A program made the translations under genes and the position numbers. A DNA stretch of 63,727 nt, counting the filler, from Octopus bimaculoides (lineage: Eukaryota), in NCBI RefSeq assembly GCF_001194135.2. It is 7 parts of 7 records of this genome, joined end to end, with 100 filler letters (N's around TTAATTAATTAA, not from the genome) between each part and the next. Parts side by side here need not be neighbours in the genome. Positions count along the whole stretch, not along the records: positions 1 to 23,304 come from NC_068986.1; 6 more parts are not named here. The stretch is one strand, 5' to 3'. Positions within the stretch are counted from its first letter, which is position 1; each line of letters begins with the position of its first letter. The notes beneath the pieces are model-generated. The model saw only the letters and a program-made list of their open reading frames with translations. It did not search any database and was not told the origin of the DNA. Below, piece by piece: positions 1-11,937 of this stretch.

Positions 1-604
1 ATATATATATATATATACACACACATATAAATACATATACACATATATATATATGTGTGTCTACCTATCTGTCTGCGTGCGTGTATGTATGAATGTATGT
101 ATGCACATGACGTATAGTTGAATTTTACGTAAATTGCCTGTGAAAGTCACCCGTAACTTTGTAGTTGTAAACATATACAACACGGAAAGGGATTATCACT
201 GTTGTAATCAAACTACTTTGGTATAAGTGATTGACTGACGTTAGTATTTTGTTCATCACCATCTCAACACACGTTGACATTCAGTTAATCTTGGCATAAA
301 ATATGATTTCCGTTGCTTGTTAAAGTCGAAATCTATTGAGGAATTCACAACGTGAAAGTATGAAAGCAAATACCATAAATATTACCAATCCTTCCTAAAA
401 TGTGTCGTTCCGCGTTATACTAAATTTCATAGCAGCGACAAGAACTTTCTTAGAGTTAATGGTAACATTAAAGAGTATATTATATATTCTGGCTCGAATA
501 TTCTTGTATTTCCAAAGGGAACCTCCAGGATTGATTGAGTTGCATGCGGACGGTTTGTCGAAGTTTGTTGGAGCCGAGTCAAGCTGCGAACAAATCCCTC
601 TCAC

Positions 605-761
605 TTTTTCTCAACTCTCTCTCTACCTCTCTCTGTATCTCACTGTTTCTGTCTCTCTCTGTTTATGTCTATGTCTGACTGTGTCTCTATCTGTCTGTTT
701 GTGTGTGTGTCTCTCTCTTTTATCTATCTCTCTGTCTAACTCTCTCCCTCTGTGTCTCTCC

Positions 762-812
<51 letters not shown>
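605..812. repeat. Compound (CT)/(CTGT)/(TATC)n microsatellite
   Basis: Visible tandem repeats; explains the SIYL-rich ORFs at 402 and 703. Confidence 0.95.
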
Positions 813-1918
813 AATTTCTTTTGTAGACACTTGCATAATTGTGCGTGTAGTGGGAAGGCATCCACATTCATGTGGTTTTCAATCGAATGACTTAAGCACA
901 CACATGTGTCAGCGTCTTAGATGCTTTCAGATAATTCTATCACTAGTTTAATATGTTGCAATATTAACATTCATATCAGGTATATATATATTAACTTTAA
1001 GCTTAAAATTATTGCATAATTAGTACGCTATCTTATTTCGGAAAATATTCTGGTGAGAAAAATTTCGCCTTTCCTGGATACAGTAATAATGCGTCGTATT
1101 TAGCCATACTTCCGATATGTTATCTCATATGAAAATAAAATAAAATAAATACGAACAAACCATTGACCCAATTCTAGTCAAGAAGGCAGGAAATTTCATT
1201 GTTTAAAAGTATATTTCTGATTTGTATATGGGGTGTATTTACTTGCGTAAATATTGCAATATGTAACTAAACGCGATATACTTAATAAAACCTGCGCATT
1301 TCATACATTGCTCGTTTATTTTGGTATTACGGCAGGCAATTCTGGATAGTGGTCGTAGCAGAGAAAATAGACGATTGATTAATCCACCCAAGTACATGAC
1401 AGGAAAGGAATTTACCTGTGCCAGTGGGACGCAACAGATTTTAATAGAAGGTAATGAAAAAGATAGGAATGCAGAGGGAACATGACATTTTAGAATTACC
1501 TAACGCATCGTATTTGAAATATATTAATAAACCAGCGTTATAGGTAAGATTATTAAGGCGGGTTGACAGAGAGCAAATGCGTTTATTTTATCAGGATGAT
1601 AGTAAATACGTGAAAACGGTATATTTGTCATCTACGGGGAATATGTTGGATATTGCTTTCGTTGCGTTCATTTTTACTTCGGGATATTTCCATGTGATTG
1701 CATACAATAAAACAGGAACATAAAATATGTATTACAAAATAAATGGATCTCTGTACATACATAAATACATACATACACACATGCATACATACATGCATAC
1801 ATACATATACAAATACATAAACACATACACATGCACATATACATACATGCATGCATGCTTACATACATAAATACATAAAGGTAAGTATATTTATGTATAA
1901 TAAATATGTATATAAATA

Positions 1919-1959
<41 letters not shown>

Positions 1960-3303
1960 NNNNNNNNNNNNNNNNNNNNNNNNNNNNNNNNNNNNNNNNN
2001 NNNNNNNNNNNNNNNNNNNNNNNNNNNNNNNNNNNNNNNNNNNNNNNNNNNNNNNNNNNNNNNNNNNNNNNNNNNNNTAAATATATATATGCAGAGAGGC
2101 AGAAAGAGAGAGAGAGAGAGAGAAGGAGAGGCAGAAAGAGTGGGAGACAGATAGCGTGTTCGACATATGTATATATAGATATATACATGCATCTCTGTGC
2201 ATATGAAGTCATCGAAATATGGTCTTTTAATGTTACCAAGATAAATCAAAAATCTATGATGCTCAATAAATGTATTGATGGGGTGATATAATTTTTTTGT
2301 ACTTGAGTGAATTAAAAATAAATGTGCATGGAATGTACGCAATCGGATTTAGTGGTTCATAGAAATTGGTATATAAATTCAAATGTCTGTTTGTTTTGGT
2401 ATTTAGGGATTAGATTACAATGTCAAATATAAACCTAATCCTTTACGACTGTATTTTTAGAATAGAATATTAAGTAGATGAACAATCGCTCATTTTCCAG
2501 ACGCAGATTATATATTTATATACACACAAGCACGCACAGGACAACGGGAAATGGATATCCTCTCGTTAGCCATACCATCCAGACTCCAGCGTAGTTTTGG
2601 CGTGTCTAAAGCCCGAACTCTTCAAGTGCCATAGCACTGCTCTCCTGATTGCACTAATATAGTGAATATCACTAAGGTGATGGACAACAAGGATGAAAAT
2701 TGATGATTGGCAACACATAAATGGAAAATTATAGACAGAAACATACGAAACATAACGATAGGGTCGCTTGGAGAATTTTGTAGATTGAACAGAACATGGT
2801 AAGAAATATGTAAAATCTACAAGGCTGCGGAGATAATTCCTTTCAAGACAGTGGTGAAATAAAGGTAAACATAACTGATGAACATGTTTAAAGTTATGTT
2901 AGGCACGCTGCTTAGAACTATCAAGGACCTGTTGTTAAAATGTCGCTTTTGTGAAAAAAGAGCTGGAAATTTAAGGAACCATTAGTGATCATGGTACGGG
3001 GTGTGTAAATATTAGTTACTCAAAGCTAAGAACCATAAGAAGTCCACCAAAATGCTGAAAAATATGTTTCAGAGGGAGAAAGACAGAAAGAGAGAGGCAG
3101 AGGGAGAGAGAGACAGAGAGACAGATAGAGAGAGGCAGACAGACAAACCGACAAACAGACAGACAGAATAGAGAGAAAGAGTGTGAAGATGAGAGAAAGA
3201 GAGTGGGAGATAAATACAGACAAACAGAGACTAAGAAAAGGAGAGAGAGTACACGCGTGTGGTTCCCAGTACCGTTATATGCTTATGTATGTGTGTGTGT
3301 GTG

Positions 3304-3334
<31 letters not shown>

Positions 3335-3660
3335 AGAAAAGAAGAGTAGTGATGGAGGAATATATAAACCTGTGTGTGGAGGCGTTTTTGCATTTGTGAA
3401 GAGGTAGTTAGGTACGGCCCCACTTATGTCCACGGACCGATGTGTGTATCTTACCGAGACAAGCAGTGTAGTAGATAAAACTACATGTCTTTTTTTCTGC
3501 ATATGCAGAGTTAAAGTGTGCGAGCATCCGTATTTCCGCATGTAACTGGTGGTTAGCATGTGTATACGTGTGTGTGTTTGTGAGTGTGTGTAAGTTTGCA
3601 ATTACCGTTGTGTGTGTGTGTGTGTGTGTGTCTGTGTGTGTTAATATGTACGTGTATGTT

Positions 3661-3714
<54 letters not shown>

Positions 3715-4116
3715 GGAGAGAGATAGAGACAGAAAGAAAGAAAAGTGCTAGAATGAAAGAGCGGGAGAGAGTTTGGATGCTGTTGTGTCCAAATCTGTAC
3801 AGATAACTATGTCGAAGAAATTAAAGTAGTTGCCTGGTACAACGGATGTAATATGGAGAAAGGGTTAAACGAGTTTGAGGAATTAGGGAGGGGTGTAGCT
3901 CTTTGAGGGAGGGAGAGAGAGTTCATGACGATGCATTTTCTCAATGTAACGATCAAATAGCATTGAAGGGGTACAGACGTGTCCTAATTCAGGCTATCGA
4001 ACGACAAAATCTACGTAGCTGCACACAACGTTTAATATTCACTGCATGACCTCTTTGTAGATCTCGCTTACAGAAGATAATTATTAGGGAATTGAGAACA
4101 ACTTCTGTTCGACACA

Positions 4117-4476
4117 TTAGGGTTCCAGTTGATCTGATCAGCGGAACAGCCTGCTCGTGAAATTAACGCGCAATTTTGCTGAGCACTCCACAGACACGTG
4201 TGCTCACAAAGTAGTTCTCAGGAAGAATCAGAGTGACACAGGGTGTGACAAGGCTGGTCCTTTGAAATACATGTACAACAGAAACAGGAAGAAAGAATGA
4301 GAGAAAGTTGTGGTGAAAGAGTACAGAAGGGTTCGCCACCCCACCCCCCTGCCGGAGCCTCGTAGGGGTTCATGTGCTTTCGCTCAATAAACACTCACAA
4401 TGTCCGGTCTGGAAATCGAAACCGCGATCCTACGACTGCGAGTCCGCTACCTTAACGACTAGGCCATTGCGCCTCT
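4117..4476 (-). mobile_element. tRNA-derived SINE, family D
   Basis: Minus-strand head GGCGCAATGGCCTAGTCGTTAAGG...GGTTTCGATTTCC (A and B boxes); body matches 26976-27239 and 63418-63487. Confidence 0.85.
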
Positions 4477-5874
4477 ACGATGTGGTAGTAAATGAAGTAC
4501 CTAAGGGCTGTGTATCCTTCACGCGACGATGTAATCTAACGTTCAGTCAATGGAAATTATTTCGTCATATCCTAGTCAAATTTAGGAAACTAAATTATAG
4601 TTTTCTGTACACTCACTGGAGGAATTTTGTTTCGTGTATAATACATCAAATTAAATATAAGGTAAAATCATAGAGTTTAACAGAACGTGTATGTGCTTGT
4701 ATGTGTTCCACTTCTTATCGATTGTGTGTATGCGTGTGTGCGTGCGGTTAAGCGTCTGTGCGTCTGTTTGTGAAATGACTGTATGCAGTAAAATTTCTTA
4801 CACATAATTCCTACTAAAGTGGAAGCCATATCTTTCCTAAAAAGCAATTTCCCTTTTATAGGTGAGATATGTAATTTGAAATAAAGAATTCAATTTCGTA
4901 TTGAAGAAGTGTATTATTGTAGATATATGAGCTACAGGAAACTAAATTGAAGGGTTAATACTTTTATGATGTTATCCATATTTTGTTGAAATGAATGTTA
5001 TTCAATACAAATGGGTATAAAAAGCATGTAATATTTATTCAATTCTTAAGAAGTTAAATATTTAAAACGAAAAAAAATGGTACAGTTCTGGGGCGTACAG
5101 CATGAAGTATAATTGCATTAGGTGTACGAATTTTAGGGGCTTTGACTAACTAGCCTTTTACCGTTTCTATCTTTTCTATGGTTACCCCCCCCCCACTTTG
5201 TAATATCCATGATTTGTCGGTTGACCAAGTAGATATGGCTATAAGAAGTGAAACGATTTAAAATATCCCTATTTAAGACACATGCTCATAGATCATAACG
5301 ACATACTTATAGCAGATACTCGATCAGAATTTATCTCGAATTTAGCAGTAACAAGATGAAACAGACTAGACTCACCATAACGAGTTACGTAACAATACAT
5401 CATTTATGAAAAGCTCAGTTGCAATGTTATATTCTGCCGTTCAAATGTTGAAGTATAGAGAGAGTTTTAGTGACATCAATATAACACTCTCTTTCCACTA
5501 TCACTCTTTCTAAAGTAGAATATGAGCCTTGCTCGAGGTAATTTCACGTAACGAAAAACAATAAAAAACAATTCTCTTTCCCACAACATACACCTGCAGA
5601 CGCATATTGTGCGTAAACCTACAGATCTCAATTTTTCTGCCAGGTTCGATTTATATTATATTTGGTCTTCGCCATAATAAAAAGAAATCACGCATCAAAT
5701 TGCTTTTCTTTGTTATTTGCACAACTATGTTTTGCTAAGTGCGTATGTAAGAGTGTCTGAGCACTACATACCAGTCTATATTATTTTGCCAAATGAAAAG
5801 GACAGAAATTTCATCACGATAACTTGACATACTAGGAATAGCAGGCAATTTCTCTCACGCCAGTCAAAACAAAC

Positions 5875-6165
5875 ACTATGTATAAGGAAACTGTTGATGT
5901 GACATAAAACCAAGATTTTATCGCTGTATTTTGCTTTTCTCCTGAAAGATAAGTAAATAATAATTTTCTTTTCTCTCATTCTGTAGCAAATACATTATCG
6001 ATAAATAAAATATGACTGTTTCTGATTTCAGCTTAGTTCATGGGGAACAAAGACATTTCTGACCTTGGCAGTTTTGAAGTCAGAACTTATAAGCATCAAA
6101 CTAAATGTTAAAAAGGCATTTTACTGACTCGTTCCTTTTGGAGATCTCCTTTCAGAAAATATTGA
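5875..6165. repeat. Local ~290-bp direct duplication, copy 1
   Basis: Aligns to 7841-8112, e.g. TATGACTGTTTCTGATTTCAGCTTA and ATGGGGAACAAAGACATTTCTGACCTTGGCAG shared. Confidence 0.9.
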
Positions 6166-6796
6166 ATATTAGATGATGTAGTCCTACATAATAGTATGTT
6201 TCTATGAAAGACGAGATTAGTAACCTCAACTATGGCCTGAGCCTTAAAACATTGTATTTAGAAATGCTGTCTAAAATTTCTCGGAGGCTCATTTATTACA
6301 TCTAGTATAGTGGAGTGAGAAAATAAATTCTGTTAGTTGACAATGTCTTCTATTTGGACTTGTTGATTTCTACATCATATACAGTATGCAACTCTCTGAT
6401 ATGTTCAAACGAAAATACTATTGGCGAAAATCGTTTACAAATATTCAAATATCTCGTTTTGAAGTCAACGATTTAGAAAAAAGTATAAAGCAAAACAAGA
6501 TTTTATTATGTTTTTTTTATTCATGTTGCAAAATTTTAACTGATAATTTTGACGACTCTTCAGCATTAAAATGCGTGGTCTAAACCCAAAATTTATCAAA
6601 ATATATAAAGAGAAAAAATAAGAGATAATAAATTCGAACTGTGCTTCATTGTTTGAGTGTCACTGGAATAAATGACTTTCCATAGGACCAGAATCGTGAA
6701 CTTTCTTTCTTAGTGAATATACAGTGTACCGCAGAAGATATTAGTGTGTCTCTGATGAGAAGGCTGATCTGTCGGCATCAGTATAGCGGACGATTT

Positions 6797-6946
<150 letters not shown>

Positions 6947-7145
6947 GTGAGAGTGACAGATAAGAAACAAAGCCTAACCTTTGAGTGGATTTTTAGTTAC
7001 CTACCCCGAAATCCTGAAAGCAATCAAGGCAAATAAACTGCATCTCGATTTGAACAACCCAAATCGCAAAAACAAATTTCACAAGACTCCCCAGACACAG
7101 GAATGTCTATGACCATAAGAAGCATAAGCACCTTGTGCAAACGCG

Positions 7146-7199
<54 letters not shown>

Positions 7200-7203
<4 letters not shown>

Positions 7204-7392
7204 TTGCCCATCGCTTGATAACCCCTATTGCTTTGTTCTCCTCCCCGTAACTTAGTGGTTCGGAGAAAGAGAAGCGATAGAATAAATACTAGATTTTAAA
7301 ACAAATGAATAGTGATGTCGATCGATCGATTAAAATATTCCACTGGGGTGCTTCAACATGGCCGCAACGCAATAACTGAAACGAAAACTAAA
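7200..7392 (+). mobile_element. SINE family B, degenerate 3' half
   Basis: CCCCGTAACTTAGTGGTTCGG...CATGGCCGCA...ACTGAAAC matches family B body. Confidence 0.7.
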
Positions 7393-7572
7393 ACAAAGAA
7401 TAGAATATATCTAACCAATGCCCTATTGATTCTGAGAGATGGTCACATTTAACTTTGTAATACAAAGCAAGAACACTTACCGTCAAAATCAGCATAAATA
7501 TCCTGAATATTGAATAATTACTCTACGCTACTCTATTATATATCTCATTCCCCTCCATCGCTTTAATTTCAG

Positions 7573-7840
7573 CAATTGCAAATCTAGCAGCAATAAACTT
7601 CTATCACCATATAATTTATTAGTTACAGTTTCAATATGCACGAAATCTCCATATTGTGCTTGTGAGGAGAGAAACCGAGACATTGAAAGATCTGGGAAGC
7701 GAGACTTCAAACATATCATTAACCATGAAATTGGAACTTGTGCCGTCCATAACCTCCATAAAAGCATCAGCTGTGAAATGGAAAGTTCTGGAGATTGTGG
7801 AATAAGGAAGATATTCAAGACGAATTCTTTACCAGCTTAG
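7573..7840 (+). other. Candidate exon / unassigned open frame (88 aa after a TTTAATTTCAG acceptor)
   Basis: Stop-free frame 7514-7837 read by hand; no recognisable domain; an alternative minus-strand exon overlaps. Confidence 0.25.
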
Positions 7841-8112
7841 ATATAAACAGTGTCGTTGTGACATCAAACCAAGATTTTATCGCATTACTTTGCAAGATAA
7901 GTAAATATTAATTTTCTTTTGTCTCACACTATGGCAAAGGTACTATCAATAAATAAATTATGACTGTTTCTGATTTCAGCTTACTTTATGGGGAACAAAG
8001 ACATTTCTGACCTTGGCAGGTTTGAAGTCAGAACTTATAAATATCTAACTAAATGCTAAAAAGGCATTTTACTGATTCGTTCCTTTTACAGATCTCCCTT
8101 CGGAAAATATCG
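7841..8112. repeat. Local direct duplication, copy 2
   Basis: Aligns to 5875-6165. Confidence 0.9.
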
Positions 8113-8611
8113 TATGCATTTCTTTTTAAACCTCCAGCCTTTGATATAATATTACTAAATCCCTCTCTACGTCAAGCTTACAGAACCAAAATTGTTTGAA
8201 GCAAACTTTATAAAGGATTCTTTTATTTTACTTTGGTTAAAGGAATAACTATATTTCTTCAATATATTATGTCAAAACTGATTTAATCAAATAATCTATA
8301 GTACAGCGATTACATAATATCGAAGGACCAGCTAAAGTGTTTGAGGTTGGTGTCTTTTTAACTAAATTACATTTCTTCTACTATGAAGCTATGAATCTCA
8401 AGCGTCTAAATCGACATAATCCGCAGAAGGTACAACGGTCCATCAGCATTAGAAACAAATAATGAATTCCCACCTGACTTGATTTAACTATTTAACAAAT
8501 ATTTTATCCTCTATGTTGTACGGAGAAATTACTTCAATGAATTAATCTATGTGCTTACTAAATACTCTACCTTAGCATTTACTATACTTATAGGAGTCAC
8601 ATAGATATTAT

Positions 8612-8850
8612 TTGCTTAGAGTTCACAGCGTCGGACACATGATCACAAACCTGTGGTTCCGATTTCAGGACAGAACGACGCATTGTGTTCTTGAGCAAAA
8701 CACTTCATTTAACGTTGCTCCAGTTCACTCAGCTGGCACGAAAGAATATCCGTGCGACGGTCCAGTGTACCGTCAAGTAAGGAATATATATTCCAGAAAA
8801 TCCGAGAAAATTACGAGCGTATATGACTCGGGGAAGAGCTCTATCCTGTT
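8612..8850 (+). mobile_element. SINE family C, degenerate
   Basis: Core TTGTGTTCTTGAGCAAAACACTT...GCTCCAGTTCACTCAGCTG shared with 11339 and 25171 copies. Confidence 0.8.
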
Positions 8851-8866
8851 ATGAAGATTTCTTGAC

Positions 8867-8869
<3 letters not shown>

Positions 8870-8916
<47 letters not shown>

Positions 8917-8963
8917 CTCTCTCTCTCTCTCTCTCTCTCTCTTCCGTTCTCTAGTTACACACA

Positions 8964-9014
<51 letters not shown>
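8870..9014. repeat. (CT)n + (CA)n microsatellite
   Basis: Visible tandem repeats. Confidence 0.97.
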
Positions 9015-9017
<3 letters not shown>

Positions 9018-9069
9018 TATATATTATTTAATAAACACGATATTTGTTTTTATGTGTTACTATTATTTT

Positions 9070-10460
9070 CATGTACCGAGGCCATGCTGGACAGTATTTC
9101 TTTTAAATGTCTCGTAAATTTACACAATCATCAGACAATGGTCACATGACATAACAAACTAAAAATTGGATGGAGGGATGAGAGAAATAGTGAGAAAAGG
9201 CGAGAAAGAGGTAGACATAAAAGGTGGAAGGTTGAAAAACTGGAAAATTAAATAGAAAACAGAAAGAAGCAAAAGGAGAGAATTAGAGTTATTTCCCCTT
9301 ATACCATTAACGCTGAAAAGATAATGGTTTACAGTTGAGGTACAGTTGTTCGATTTGGAGAGGGTGGTACTTTTCAATTTGTTAAAAGCAACTTAGCCAT
9401 ATACTTACAACCGCTGATATATTTCGGATCTACAATTCAGCAGTGTCAGAATTTTTAGATCTGAAAAAGGTGAAAGTTCTTTGTGATAGGTATAGGATTT
9501 AAACAAATTTTGTTATTAACATATCATGTCGAAATATTAACATATCTTGTGGATTTTTCAACTATTTTCCATTCTATCGTATTGGCGTGGCGTTCAACTT
9601 CAAACCCCAATCGTGGCAAGCCAATATAGTAGCTATATTTTTGTCACTGTATCGGAAAGGAGATATGTAATTAGCATGGCGATTTTTGAATTCGCCTAGC
9701 TCTTTTTATCGATCTAGCTCTTTTTATCGGTTGTGATATCAACGAGCGTTTCTGTAACTTTTGCCAGATTTAATCACACATACCTGGTCAAGTGGACAGA
9801 TTCCTGGGTCTTCACAGTTACAACTGTGAGTGGGCTCTTGCTGTTGTTCCGTATAATGATGCTTTTCATATTAGGTCAGCAGTTATATGATAATTTCACG
9901 GAGCGTCTGTTACCGATTTTCCTGTACCTGTGATTCTCTGAAAATGTTTGTCTATGAGAAATCTTTTACCAATGTTAGTTTTTACATTACAGGAAAAAGG
10001 GTGGGGGGCAAACCGAATTATTTTCCTACATCTATTTTTAGATCTATTATTATTATTCCGATTACTGTAAGAAAGGTTATATATTAATTTAACCTTCATG
10101 CTACTATTGTCTAGTGTATTTAAGGAAATAGAAGTTTGAAACTCTGTTACTAATGTTATCTAATCAGGTTTTTAAACACTACAGCAGGGTGACAAGAATG
10201 CTTAAGTATATAGGAAAGTCTCTCGTTCCGCTTATGGTTGATTTTATAAGGGAGGAGTTCAGGTCGAGAGAAACATCTAATTCCCGCTTTCTCTTCTCTC
10301 TATTTTCTCGTTTGTTTGCTATTTTTCAACCTTCCACCTTTTATATCTACTGCTTTCTCGCCTTTACTCGCTTTTTCTCGCATCCTATCGTCTAATTTGT
10401 ATTTTGTTATAGCTTGTTGACAGTGTCTGATGATTCTGCAAGGAGACCAGGCATGTTAAT
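9070..10460 (-). mobile_element. Penelope-like retroelement remnant (C-terminal/GIY-YIG region) with inverted terminal repeat pair
   Basis: Minus-strand peptides RKIIRFAPHPFSCNVKTNIGKRFLIDKHF, SCNCEDPGICPLDQVC and YYIGL match typical Penelope motifs (IIWFNPPF..NVKTNIG, CNC...CPL, YIG); 9120-9300 is an inverted copy of 10270-10440. Confidence 0.85.
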
Positions 10461-11100
10461 ACATAGTGTCTAGCATGTTATCAGCACAGTATACTAATAT
10501 TAGCACATAAAATCATATCTGTTTTTTAAAAATAATATTTATCTTTCACTATATATATATATATATATATAGCGAGAGAGAGAGAGAGAGTGAGAGAGAG
10601 ATAATACATAGATAGATAGACATACACACACACACACGCACACACACACTGCTGGCCTCTTTCAGTTTCCGTCTATCAACTCCACTCACAATGTAATATA
10701 TTTTATGGAACGTTCACTTAATCTGTTGACAAATTGTACGCAATCACATAGTACCATATCTGACTTTACTATATCCATTCTGTTGAAAGTATTTGATCCA
10801 AGTCTCTCGTGTTGCGATACCTTCCTCACTCACTTCCACCAGTCTCAGAAGCCCAGTAAATTGACATGACCTTGGCATCGCCTTTTTTCGTGGCGGAAAG
10901 ACAACAAAAAAAAATATATATATATATTCTGAGAAGCAGTAATCGAATTAAAGAATGAAAAATTCTTGTAACGTGAGGAACAAATTTAATACGTGGTAAA
11001 GTTGCAAAAATGATTGAGTAAAACCGATATTGATTGGCACAATATCACATACAGCAATGCAGGAAAAGTTTGACTTTTATATCTATGTATGACTGGTATA

Positions 11101-11315
11101 AGGCGGCAAGCTGGCTGAAACGTAAGCATACCGGGCACAATGCTTAGTAGTGTTTCGTGCGCCTTTACCTTCTGAGCTCAAATTCCGCCGAGGTCAACTT
11201 TCATTTTCGTCCCTTCGGAGTCAACAAAATTTTATTAGTTGAACACTAGAGTCGATGTAATCGATTTAGCCCTCATTTAAAATAGCTGGCCTCATTCTAA
11301 AATTTGAGATCAATA
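11101..11315 (+). mobile_element. tRNA-derived SINE, family A
   Basis: GGCGGCAAGCTGGC head, GAGCTCAAATTCC B-box-like motif, GTCGATGTAATCG body. Confidence 0.85.
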
Positions 11316-11338
11316 TATGAATGGCATACTATGATATT

Positions 11339-11599
11339 GTGGAGGCGTGTCGATTATTGGTTAGGGTATCAGCATCATTATCGTAAGATCGTGGTTTCGA
11401 TTCCTGGACTGGGTGACGTGTTGTGTTCCTCAGCAAAACACTCCATTTTACGCTGCTCCAGTCCACTCAGCTGGTAAAAATGAGTAACCCTGCGATGGAC
11501 TGGCGTCCTGTCCAGCTGGGGAACACATACGCCATTGAAACTGGGAAACCGGGCCCATGAGCATGGCTAGGCATTAAAAGGGCACATTTATTTTATTTT
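11339..11599 (+). mobile_element. SINE family C with 13-bp TSD
   Basis: B box GGTTTCGATTCC and family core; ATACTATGATATT duplicated at 11326-11338 and 11600-11612. Confidence 0.9.
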
Positions 11600-11615
11600 A
11601 TACTATGATATTATG

Positions 11616-11640
11616 GGGTTAGGGTTAGGGTTAGGGTTAG
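11616..11640 (+). repeat. Short (TTAGGG)n tract
   Basis: GGGTTAGGGTTAGGGTTAGGGTTAG. Confidence 0.9.
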
Positions 11641-11899
11641 ATCTGTAGAAATTGCTGCGATATGTTGTAAGTGAATCAAAACTGGAAGGACATATTACTA
11701 TTTACCTTATTTACATTTGACGGATATTTGTCTTCATCTTGTTTGTTTCGGATGACATACCTTCCAGTCGTGTATGATTTCTAATGATACCGAATTTTAG
11801 CATAGCCCTAGGAATTTGAGGAGAGCGAGTAGGTCATTACATCGCTACCTTGATCTACTGGTACTTTTATTGGATGAAAGACAAAGCCAATCTGTGTGG

Positions 11900-11937
<38 letters not shown>

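Noticed and set aside
395-604. ORFs at 395-604 (-) and the non-repetitive part of 402-890 (+)
   Set aside because: No recognisable homology and no complete exon structure
1628-2342. Long ORFs spanning N gaps and (AT)n/(CA)n/(GA)n tracts, here and at 11.8-12.6, 19.5-20.2, 27.1-27.9, 38.4-39.0, 46.1-46.6, 52.8-53.2 and 62.8-63.6 kb
   Set aside because: They are open only because of Ns and simple repeats (YIYI, CVCV, THTH, ERER)
4400-4476. tRNA genes at SINE heads (also 17946, 25171, 61340)
   Set aside because: A/B boxes are present but acceptor stems are broken and the sequence continues into multicopy SINE bodies
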